Origin: Botryllus schlosseri
Taxonomy: Eukaryota
Direction: 5' to 3'
Length of the DNA stretch: 64,000 nt
NCBI GenBank assembly: GCA_051294905.1
Contig: CM119378.1
Coordinates: forward strand, 620,001-684,000
The notes beneath the pieces are model-generated. The model did no database searches, was not told the origin of the DNA, and saw only the letters and a list, made by a program, of their open reading frames with translations. Numbering within the stretch: the stretch's first letter is position 1; every line of letters starts with the position of its first letter. The translations under genes were made by a program, and so were the position numbers. Shown here in pieces: positions 1 through 11,700 of this stretch.

Positions 1-2895
1 GTGTTGCTGCGCTCCTATTGTTCGGAACAATCGACCTTTGGTGGCTATTTCGGAGTAGTTTTATTGCCCTGGCGAGATTTAAATTTGTATTTTTGGAATC
101 AGTGCGAAACTAGCTTTCGACATAAGACCGGACCTATCCAATTATGCGGACGCCTCGGTCGTGAGCTATAGGACTACAAATTATGCTGCTGTCGGGGCGA
201 TTTAGTGAGTCAGGTTTAATCGGCCGAGCCGAGGGAGGTGTCTTTGAAAAGGTAGGACCCCTCAATAATAATTAAACATCTTCGGGCGTATACCCGTTGG
301 CAGGAACGAAACAGCACTTCATCAGCCCCCCCCCACACACAAAAAAAACTTGGGTCTTGTGCTCCCATAGGGTGATAAACCTACCTATATCACCTTGTTC
401 GCTTTTGCCCCGAAACTAGTTGTAGGCCTACTGTTAAGTGAGCCAGCTCGAAGTGCGAAAATTTTCGATAATTCATGATAAAATCTGTCGATATGATCGA
501 TAATTGCATATATATTGCTATCAATTTCTTGTCCTCGCTGCTCACGTAATCAGATTTACCGATAGAGCTGAGTGCGAGATGTCTTGGAAACTGTATAGGG
601 CCCATTAGTATGATTCCGTAACATGTTATTTTGTGACATCCTGTCTGCTATATCAAAAAAATATAGAATCGCCCAAACGTAGGCTTCGAAATTCAGAGAC
701 GCACACGATTTCAAATTGGTATTTCTTCACTGGAATAAAATTTTCCCCTGCGGGATGGTATTTGTCTCCTGAGGTTCAGATTGCCAAAACAGTATTTTGT
801 GTATATAACGAAGTGTTTGGTCAGCACAAGGGCAATCCTGTTCGGCCAAGGTTTTCTCGCTACCGATCGTTCTGACACACTTCTTGGAGTCGCCTGTTAC
901 ATGGCCTAAAACTTAATATGTCTTGGTGCGTCGTGGCTCGTTAATGGCCAACGCCGATATGCCCAACGCCCATTTCTATAAATCTTGCGCATTTTTTCTT
1001 GGGGATGAGTACCCAAAAATCAAGATATTTGGCAGCATGAAATCACGCCTAGGCCAAAAAAAATTGGAAAAGATGCATAATTTCCAATAAATACTCTATA
1101 ATTTATGCTAATTCACGAACTAATTTTGAGCCCTGTTCGAGCTCTCCCCCCCCCCTTCATTGGGGGTTTGGCGTGCGGCAGTTTTGGTCCTGTCTTTACC
1201 TATATCTATAGCTACTGCTCGTTCAACTGGAAAGTTATGGCGCATTGCACTGAAACAGCAGTGAGATAACGATAGCAGTCTACTCACGACTTTCCTGGAA
1301 TGCTAATTAAAAACTCCAACTCCAAGCCAAGCAAGTGTATCTTATAAATATAAATTTTATTTTTTTGTCACTCGATTTCCTAATATTTTTTGGGGGCCGC
1401 AAGAAGGCTAGCTGGGGGCCGCATGCGGCCCTCGGGGCCGTGGTTGGGAATCACTGGTATAAAATGATCATCGATAACGAAGACAGGACACGAATACGAC
1501 TACAAATAGACACAGAAAAAGGTCATCAACTGCTTCATGTCCCTGTTCTGCCTCCGGCTCTGATGGGGTGACAAGTAAAAAGTCACCTTCGGCCACACCT
1601 CAACATCACGGTCCAATTGCCCGAGTTTTGTTATCTACCACCGTCCTAAATGGTACTATATGTGGGCGAACTAGCGTATCACACCCATTGACGGTGTAGG
1701 CCCAGTTTCATTCATGGCAGTGCAGTAGCAAGTTACGAAGCGTCGTGGATTTATGAAATTCTCCGACCCTATACGTTACTGTGCTCAGAGCGTCTTTACT
1801 AGCTGTTTGACACACAGATCAGGTATGGTCATTCATTTTGAATCGATGAACGATTATAGAGTTTAGTATACATCAGAAAGGCGCTGTATCGCTCGCACAT
1901 ACTTAGAACTGCTGAACTAGGGAAATAACTGTATAGCGTCAATCTATATAATCATCAGTCAAAATACAAAATAGAATACGAGACCGCCGAAAGTATAAAC
2001 GAACTGATATGATACAATACACTAACCTACTATGTACATCCATGAGATCCAATTCGAGCCGCTTGTATCAATGGATGACTAGTAATATAATATAATTACG
2101 GTTACTATACGTCCTCCTTAACTAGGATTGTCATCCTTTTTCAGGAAATTGAAAATGGCATCTTTAGCAGACCCATAGTCTACTGCAAATCATATGAAGG
2201 TATACAACAGTGATTTATGGCACACTGGGCCTATAGAATACTGGTGCACAAAATGAACAGTGCGTCACCAACATGATTTTCACACAAAACTAAAATATTC
2301 CAATGAATTTTCACTGCAAACCAGTATAACTTCTGCCGTATGGGTAGGGAGTGTGTCTTAACATACTGCGAAGTCATGTGGTCCGTTTGAATACCGGATA
2401 AGAACTTGACATCAGAGTTGGATCAATTACAAAACTCAGTTCAATTACAATTACAATTACTAAATGCTAAAAATATCATATTACAATTACAATTACTGTT
2501 AAACATGTAACTAATTACAATTACAATTACTGTTAAACATGTAATTGACTCGGTAGAGAAGTGTTCTTTGACAGACACACAGCATTATATAAGAATGAAA
2601 CGACTTGGAGTAGTCTTTCAAGTCAGAAACCCATCTAGGCCAAGGTGCCGCCTATGTCAAGCAGAGTTGGGTACGAATTTACGGTGCTGCACCGTACCAG
2701 TGTGATATTTGATATTTTACATACAGCCCGGTACGAAATAATTTCGTGGTATCAATTCGTCGAGTTGAACATTGATTCCAGAAACTATAGATATACCTCA
2801 ATAGAATTCACTAACACAGTTGCGTAATGAATTACCATGCGCACTTGCTTTAAAGAACATGTGACAATGTGACATTACGCCTAATGCTTATACAT

Positions 2896-4195
2896 CAGGG
2901 GCGGGCAACTTCTCCAGTCGGCGGGCCGGATATAGGAGAATTAAGTACTTGGCGGGCTGGATTGCTGAATCGACATATTATTCGCTCATTTATCCACATA
3001 CGCAAGGATTAAATCGTATTTAATGAATGTATTTTAACGACAGCAATGTCACTTCAAAGCCATTTCTCGCCGATAATGACGAAGACAATGTGGATTTGAG
3101 AATAGCATTGTCATACAGGTGCCGCCATGTCTGCTTCTATCTGATCAATCAACACAGTTTGCAATCCTTGATCAAGATTTCAAGGCGTTCGATAACCCCG
3201 CTACCCCCAATTTACCAAGATATCAATTCATTAGGGTTGAGTAGGTGACGAGATAGCGTCGTTGTTCAACTGTGTGGCCTGATTAATCTCGATATTGAAT
3301 TCATGCGGTCCGCGTCCTCTACGAAATTTGAAAAGTGGCCCGCGACCCGTTTTGAGTTGGCGACCCCTGGTATAAGCGGTGTCTTACTATGGTTAACATA
3401 CGTCCTCTTCTAAGAGGATTTGTCCTCTTATTTGACTTTTTTGAAAGTGTCCTCGGAGGACGCCCAAATGTCCTCTTTTTGAGATTTTGTCCTCTTTTTT
3501 GAGAATTTTGGTTAAATATATGGCAAAATCGACTGAGATACAGTAAATTAGCACAAAAGTAACGCTCCAGCGGCTATTTCGGGAGATGAGCCGGAAAGTT
3601 GACATTTGTTTAGTCAACCAACTGATAATGCGAAAGGAAAAACTGTATTTTGGGCGCTGAGCGAGAAAGTTGACCTTTCTTTTTTTTAGTCAACCGACCA
3701 CGAAGGGGTAAAAATTTACCACTTTTTCAGACTTTTTCCTCCGTCGGTCTGAAAATTTTGAAAAAGTGCCCTCTTTTCAGATTCCCAAAATATGGTAACC
3801 TACGTCTTACAAAAGCTTAGAAGTGTGCCGTGCTATAAGTCGGCGGTACGGAATGAAAAATAAGAAATATCAGCCTGGTGTAAATGACCATTGTAGTCGA
3901 CAAACACCATGATTACCACGAATGACATTAGGACCGAGTACATCGTAAATGCCGATAATGCAAGTCTTCTCGCTTCGACGAACTTACGCATAAGCTCCAC
4001 TCTCGCACGCTGCGCATACACGTATATCATAACATATAGTCACTAAAATTTGACATAGTAGGCAAGTAGTGGGAAATCTCGCCAGACTGGGGCCACGGGC
4101 CACATTATCATGTAAGACGGAAAACTCTCCGTGGGCCGGACAAAATCCCTTCGCGGGCCGGATCCGGCCCGCGGGCCGTATGTTGCCCGCCCCTG
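2896..4195. mobile_element. Non-autonomous hAT-type element with nested MITE
   Basis: TIRs CAGGGGCGGGCAAC/GTTGCCCGCCCCTG; perfect 8-bp TSD TTATACAT (2888-2895, 4196-4203); nested GGTTAC-family MITE at 3388-3802 with 7/8 TSD. Confidence 0.85.
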
Positions 4196-5722
4196 TTATA
4201 CATGGATGAAAAATTGTCATGACACAGCAGGGTTATTTACTTAGTGTTACATTGTCCAAGCATTGTGAAAAAGATTTAGGATGAAAATGCATAGCAATGT
4301 TGAGACTGAGGCACACTAAATGGGGAATACTGACGCTCACCGAAAAGGCTATACGTTAGTCCACCCTGATTTTCTATAATAACATTGCCAATGTCTCAAG
4401 TGATAGCAATTTACAGACAATACCACAGAACACATGTCCAGTGCTGATCTTGATATCGCGTTTAAACCGACATCCTGGTCTGATCTCGTCCGCCAAAAAC
4501 TCTGCAACATTCATGTCCTGCAATCCTGATCACATCTCAATCTTCAGTCGAGACATTGTGACGTAACAATATCACCGAAACAAATGTTTTCCAGGTGAAG
4601 TCCTAATTCGTTGCCGACCATCTCAGGTGAGGAGTTAATCTAGTCTAGGATTTTTGATTGGACTTCTCGGTGTTATGCAGGGATGTACAGTACGCTGTGC
4701 ATAAAATTATCAATAATTGAATGACTTAATTACAATAATTGGAGGAAAAATGTAATATGATAGTCACGACTATAAGCAGTGCAAGTGTCCGTTATCACTG
4801 CAACTATGTTAATTTGCATATTTGTAAGGAGCAACTCGGAATGTAAATGTGGAAATGTGCAGCAGAGCTGCGACTTGTCGTCTCGTCTAATTTGGATTAG
4901 CCAGGAACGATGGAAGATTGCGACATGACGGTAAGAAATTTTATGGTGCCAAGATGGATAACGAAGCGTTTTGTCTGTGTAGCGACCCTGATACGGCGCG
5001 ATGTACCTAGCAGGGAAGTCGTCGTGTTTCGGTGCGGAATCCCTCTCATCGGCGAACATGCCATCAAGTACATCCGAAGTATACAAGTTACGAATTAAAT
5101 TACATGCCGAATCCTAATACAACCAATTGCTCCAATTGGCACCTTAAACAGATATACACTATACAGGTACTATGCCACACAACAAGTACAACTACACAGT
5201 ACACAAGCATTCCCACAACGTCGGACTCAATGCAAAACCACATGTAGCCAGAAACGCACAGACTATTCTACCAGTCCACGAAGAAAGCTCAGACTATCCT
5301 TAAAAATCCAATTACTGAGCCATTAGCATCCATCAATTACCAGGGTGTTACATCTGTGTTACTTGTTCAGTGTGTGTATAGGTTACGTAGTGTGTGTGCC
5401 ATATTTTTCGACATTCCTAATTAAATTGACACGTGAAGGTCAAGGACAGAGCGGGTGTTTAATTGACGGACTTTACCGAGTCGTTTCGGCTTCTTTCTAT
5501 CTTTTTGCAATTGTATTTGAAATCTTGTGTTATTTGGAATCGATCGAAATTTCAATAAAACTAGCTGAACTCAACCCAGCTGGCAATTTCCTGATCTCAG
5601 TTTCTCTTGGTCGCCACTCGCCAGTACCAAAGTAGCACATTACCGTATAAATATACGGAGTTCCGATCTCAGTCAATTTATATATAAATGTCGAATCTGA
5701 CCAGGCTACGGAAAGTCCCGAA

Positions 5723-8700
5723 ATGGAACCCGAAAACGTTGCTGAAGGAAAGGATTGTCATGAAGATGGCACCCAGCAGCAAAATGAGGTAATTTTCAGA
5801 CGATACTTTTCAACGGCAACGGGGACCATCGCGATATTTTTCGTTCAATTAAAGCAGGGGTGTCGAACTCAAATGACGTGTCGGCCGGATGCAAAACTTC
5901 AGATAGCTTGCGGGCCGCACCAGTCAAATGATTAACAAACTATTGCCTTAAAATCCATGCCCTTGTTTTTCATTTGAAAACTTTATTATCAAGCCTGTTG
6001 ACACAGTCGTATATTACTTTCTTATTACGGATCATAGTGGTTCTATTCTAGTTGCACCTTTATTCGAAAACAATGGCAATAATACGATGATTGGGTGACA
6101 GAACACAGTTAAAAACCGATATAACAGTGGCTCTACCGATGATGTAAGTTGGCTTGCTCCTATTGTTTTAGTCGTACGTCAACCCCTAGTGTAAAACGCG
6201 GACGTTGAAATTTGCTTCATATAATTATATCTTGATTTGGTTTTCTCTCGAGGACGGAGACCATTTGAGTCCAAAGTGATGCAGCAGTGCGAACACATAT
6301 ATTTGTATTATATCTCTGTGCTACTATTATTATCCATGTAACCTGCATATAAAAGTTTCGCATTGACGTTTTCGCTTCTCTGAATAACTAGGCTTGACCC
6401 AATTTTCCATGAAACTCTGTACCGTGACCAGGCCACGGAAAGTCCCGAAATGGAACACGGAAACGAAGGCGTTGAAACAGAGGATGGCCATCAGGATGGC
6501 GTCCAGCAGCAAAATGAGGTAATTTTCAGACGATACCTTTCCTCGATTCGAACCTTTGTAGTATAGCGGAGACTGTCACGATGTTTTGCGTTCAACTAAA
6601 TTTTAAGCATTCAATACCTGATTCCAACGTGACGCTCAAGTAAGCACATTGCATATGTTCGTAGTTCGAGGTCGGAAGAATAAACTAAAATATTCAGATG
6701 AATCGCTACGTTATTCAAATATCTGTTCACGGAATGAGTCATCGCTTATTAAGACTACAGAAATGGAGATCAACAAACGATATTTTCGTCATCTTAACAA
6801 ATCCGTATGTTAAGGTGCAGCCGGAGGCGGATACCCGACATCTTCAAACGGAGCCACAAACTGCTGAGCTTCATCCTAACGATATCGCAGTGACCATGGA
6901 GAATACTGGTGGCAAGTGCAAAAGTTGTTTCTAATCTCTAACTAAGCAATGTACCACTCGGAGAAGATTTGTTCGGGAGGGTCGGTTTCTTGTTGGTGGG
7001 AAATGAGATGTAGGCACGATAGTTGTAAGGTTGGCGGTTGTGGTGATCGCTATCGTCTCATTTCGGTTTAGTTATTATTGCTTAATTGGTTGATTATCTA
7101 CTGTAGTCCTAGGTAAAAAACCATTGCGTTTCTATTCATTGTTTGTCTTAGTTAATAAAAGCCTTGGATGTAAAGAGGTGTATTCGATTCACAGCAATTT
7201 TATTAACTAAGACAAACTGAGTCATGTCGGTCGATGGAGGAGCAGGAAACGGTCGACGCCCTATTCTCATAAGGGTGCCAACTCTTGAGGTATTACCAAA
7301 TGCTCCGGCGGTTCAGAAGATATTCTGTCATTGGGAACGACAACTGCAATCCTACATAGCTGCCGCATCCCTTTCTGATGCCACAATCGATAAGCTTGCA
7401 TTATTGTGTGGATTCATTTCGGCGGACGTCTACGCATTGATAGAAGAAAAGCAATCCTACGACGAAGCTCTGAAGTTATTGCAGGATCTTTACAAACCGA
7501 AGAAAAATGTTATATTTTCAAGACATCTTCTCTCTAGTAGAGCGCAAGATACCAACGAGACCGTTCAGGAATTTCATCAATGCCTATTAGCGCTCGCAAA
7601 GGATTGTGATTTCAAGAGTGTCACCGCCGACCAATATCGCCAAGAATCTATAAGAGATGCTTTCATCAGAGGTTTGAAATCTTCCCATATACGTACGAGA
7701 CTGCTTGAATGCGAGGAACTGCCACTGCAAAAAGCGATTATCACTGCTATTTCACTGGAGAAAGCTCAAGAATTTTCCATTTCCTACAAAGTTAATGACG
7801 TCGATGCACGTTTCGTTGCAAGCACCTCTAACGATTCCAGCCAACCCGCAAGACACGCACCGGATCCTCAGCTTAACACGGTTTCTGCAATTACTAGCAG
7901 AGTACCCGAAGTTAAATCAATCAAAGAATGCACGTTCTGTGGAGGTACCCATGCCGCTAAGCGCGACCAATGCCCAGCATCGATGGTTGAATGTTATAAA
8001 TGTGGAAGACTTGGACATTTCAGGAAATTCTGTAAATCAAAAAGCAAATACCTAGCTGCTGCTCCGAAATGTTTGAAGGACTCGATCAAACCCCTTACAA
8101 CTGCACAGCAAATATTCGATGCCATGCTCGATTCGGGAGCTGCTGAATGTTTCATCAAACTGGATATTGCTATCAAACTAGGTTTGTTTCCACAGGGACC
8201 AACTTACAGTATCAAATTGGCTTCCAACAAATGCGCCACCGATGTGCTAGGACACGTTACCGTCGTATTCATAGTGGAGTCACGTGAGTACACTCATCAA
8301 TTTGGCATAATCGATGATTTATGTGCAGACTTTGTCCTCGGACTAGATTTAATGAGAATGCACAAGAAGGTTATTTTTGAATTCAAAGATGGCAAGAACG
8401 AGCCATTTACAGTAGGCGTAAACGCTCACTTGGCACTTGTTACTTCCAAAGTCGATGAACCGCTTCGTATATTCCAATTCTTGACTCCAGATTACAAACC
8501 CATTGCCGCTCCTTCTCGAAGGTATAGCAAAGAAGATAACGAATTTATTAAAGGCGAAGTACAGAAGCTTCTCACGTCATAGAACCGAGTCATTCACCTT
8601 GGCGTGCTCAGCCACTAGTAACCAGGGACGTGCGGCATAAACGAAGACTTGTCATTGACTATTCGGTATCTATCAACAAGTACACCAATTTGGATGCTTA

Positions 8701-11700
8701 TCCACTGCCACGTATAGAAGATGTCATCAATGAAGTCTCTAAAGGCAAGTACTATTCAGCCGTTGATTTGAAATCGGCTTACCATCAAGTCCCCTTACAC
8801 CCTGATGACAGACCTTTCACGGCGTTCGCCGCTTGCGGTTCACTTTACCAATTTTGCAGATTACCGTTCGGCGTCACGAATGGAGTAGCGGCTTATCAAC
8901 GTTATATCGATTCGTTTATTTCAAAGCATCAATTACAGGGTGTCGTAGCGTATTTGGATGATATTACAATATATGGCGCTACCAAGGAAGAGCATGATAT
9001 CCGCTTGAAAGCATTTCTAGATTCCGCAACAGCTTGTCACCTCACCATCAATACAGAGAAATCAAGTTTTGGAATCGAAGAAATACAGTTGCTTGGGCAC
9101 AAAATATCTCATGGTAACATAAGTCCGGACCCTGACCACATGAAGCCGCTCCTGGATATGGCCGCGCCAACGGACTCTAAAGGTTTGAAACGTATATGCG
9201 GTATGTTTTCATATTATTCCAAATGGATTCACAATTTCTCGGCTGAGATTAGGCCTCTTATTCGTTCATCCAATTTTCCTTTGGGAGCTGATGCTATTGC
9301 TGCTTTTCGTCAATTAAAGAAAGAGATAGTGGACTCTTGTCTAGGATGCATTTACGAAGACCAACCATTTACAGTTGAGTGTGACGCGTCAAACTGCGCC
9401 ATTGCAGCAGTTTTGAACCAGTGTGATTGGCCTGTAGCTTTCTTCTCTCGCACACTTACAAAGACAGAATCGAACTACCCCGCTATTGAGAAAGAAGCTC
9501 TCGCAATCATTGAATCGGTTCGGAAGTGGAATTACCTGCTTGTCAATCAGAAATTCCTTCTTATTACAGATCAAAGAGCTTTATCTTACATATTTCAGAA
9601 GAAGCATCACAGCAAAATCAAGAATACAAAACTTGCGCTATGGCGTCTTGAACTCAGCTCTCTCAACTATGACATCTCACATCGCGCGGGAATCGAAAAC
9701 GTCGCTGCAGACACCTTGTCTCGTATTTGCTCCGTAACCGGTTCAGGTCAAAATTTAAATGAAATCCATGCTCAACTTGGCCATCCCGGAGTTAGCCGAT
9801 TGTCCCACTTTGTTAAATCCAAAAATTTACCGTATTCCACGGAAGATGTGAAACGTATCTGTTCCAGCTACCGTGTATGCGCAGAACTCAAACCTAGATT
9901 TTATAAAGGAGATTCTCACCAACTGATCAAAGCCATTTATCCCTGGCAAAGAATATCAATCGATTTCAAAGGTCCGGTCCCCGGTAAACGTAAATTCATT
10001 TTAATCATTGTCGACGAATATTCACGATTCCCTTTCGCATTTCCATGCTACAATATGACGTCGGAAACCGTCATCGAATGTCTAATGACGTTGTTCACTC
10101 TCGTTGGATTGTCTGAATATGTACATAGCGATAGATCGATGTCGTTTATGTCGAAAAGAATGAACGATTTCCTAACGAAGAAAGGTGTTGCAACAAGTCA
10201 ATCAACCCCTTATCACCCCACTGGCAATTCCCAATGTGAGAGAACCAACCAAACGGTTTGGAGAACAGTAAAACTCCTGCTTGCCCAATACCAAATGCCA
10301 CTGTCTTCATGGGAGGAGGTACTCCCAGACGCATTGCATTGTATCAGGTCGCTTCTGTGCACGGCTACAAATTGTACACCTCACGATCGATTTTTCTCTT
10401 TTCAAAGGCGATCAATGAATGGCTCTTCATTACCCGATTGGCTTTTCAAGTCGGGCACAGTTCTACTGCGTAAGTTCGTCCGCGATAAGAGTGACCCTTT
10501 GTGAGATAAAGTGTATTTGCTCGATGCTAATCCAAAGTACGCTTTGATTCGCTATCCAGATGGAAGAGAGTCGACCGTCTCCACTACAGACCTTGCTCCT
10601 TATCCGCGTATGACCGAGGTCACCGAATCCTTGCCACACAGAAATAAATCTCTTCCTTCTCAATCGGATTTGGATATGCCCTCCAGCGAAATCGAAGAAG
10701 AAAAGGTTACTCAGGCCGACGAATTCTGTAGTGAGGACGCTATCATCCCTGAAATCGCTGACAATGCTCAAAGCAGTTCGACTCGAGACGCTCTTCACGG
10801 ACAAGAAGAGCCCCTGATAGATATGGGGATTTCGTTTCCCATTAGATACTTTGTTTGAATTGGTTATTTTCTGCGCTAATGTTTGTTTTATTAGTCGGGG
10901 AGATTGTGGTGATCGCTATCGTCTCATTTCGGTTTAGTTATTATTGCTTAATTGGTTGATTATCTACTGTAGTCCTAGGTACAAAACCATTGCGTTTCTA
11001 TTCATTGTTTGTCTTAGTTAATAAAAGCCTTGGATGTAAAGAGGTGCATTCGATTCACAACAATTTTAAACCAAATGTGCAGCAAGGTCTCGTTTTTATC
11101 CTGTAGCGCAGGGGTGGGCAAACTACGGTCCGCAACACCGTTCTGTGGGGCCCGCGAAAGGCTCAAGAATCGTGTTTAAAATATTGAAAAATGCGCAGTA
11201 AAAATCTAATTTCTGCGGGGACTCGATTAAACTTTTTCTCATTATATTTCACCATGATAATTATAAGTTATATTCTTACTAGTATATTTTTATTTCATTG
11301 CTGGTGGGATAGCCCGACCTCAAGGCCAACGCATTTTAAAAGGTTTCAATTGCTAAACATTACAGAAAGTCAAAATGGGAATGACTTTCGGTTCGCTAGT
11401 GTAATTTTACATTGGCCAATCCAGCAAGTTTTTTTTTTTTAACTTTTAGCGCTGTACTTGGAGAAAACGATTCGCGTGTGTGGTAGGTAGATTCGTTCTC
11501 TGTATGTATAGAAGTATTTATATTTATAAAATATATAAATAGCATATTTGAAGCTAACATGTTTATGACGCTGTCAGTATTGTGTGTACTGAAGTTCACC
11601 AAAAGTAGAATCAGCAAATCTATGAAGTGATCACTCCTCATGGCTCACAGATTCAAATCTCCATCCTGTTCTAAGAATCGGGACAACCAGCTTTCATCCC

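Larger units (their letters stand above)
7039..11062 (+). mobile_element. Full-length Ty3/Gypsy LTR retrotransposon, decayed, inside intron 3 of mucin-like gene A
   Basis: Two 158-bp LTRs (TG...CA, 3 mismatches), gag-PR-RT-RH-IN domain order, purine tract GGGGAGA at 10897-10903 just before the 3' LTR. Confidence 0.97.

Noticed and set aside
8565..8590. Programmed ribosomal frameshift between ORF1 and ORF2
   Set aside because: The shift falls inside the RT N-terminal motif (KLL...IEPS), lacks a slippery heptamer and seems to be missing a few residues, so it is a small deletion (or a sequence error).
10511..10858. Possible env or extra ORF in the Gypsy element
   Set aside because: Same frame as pol, separated only by a TGA at 10502; no signal peptide or TM. 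It reads as the integrase C-terminal tail.
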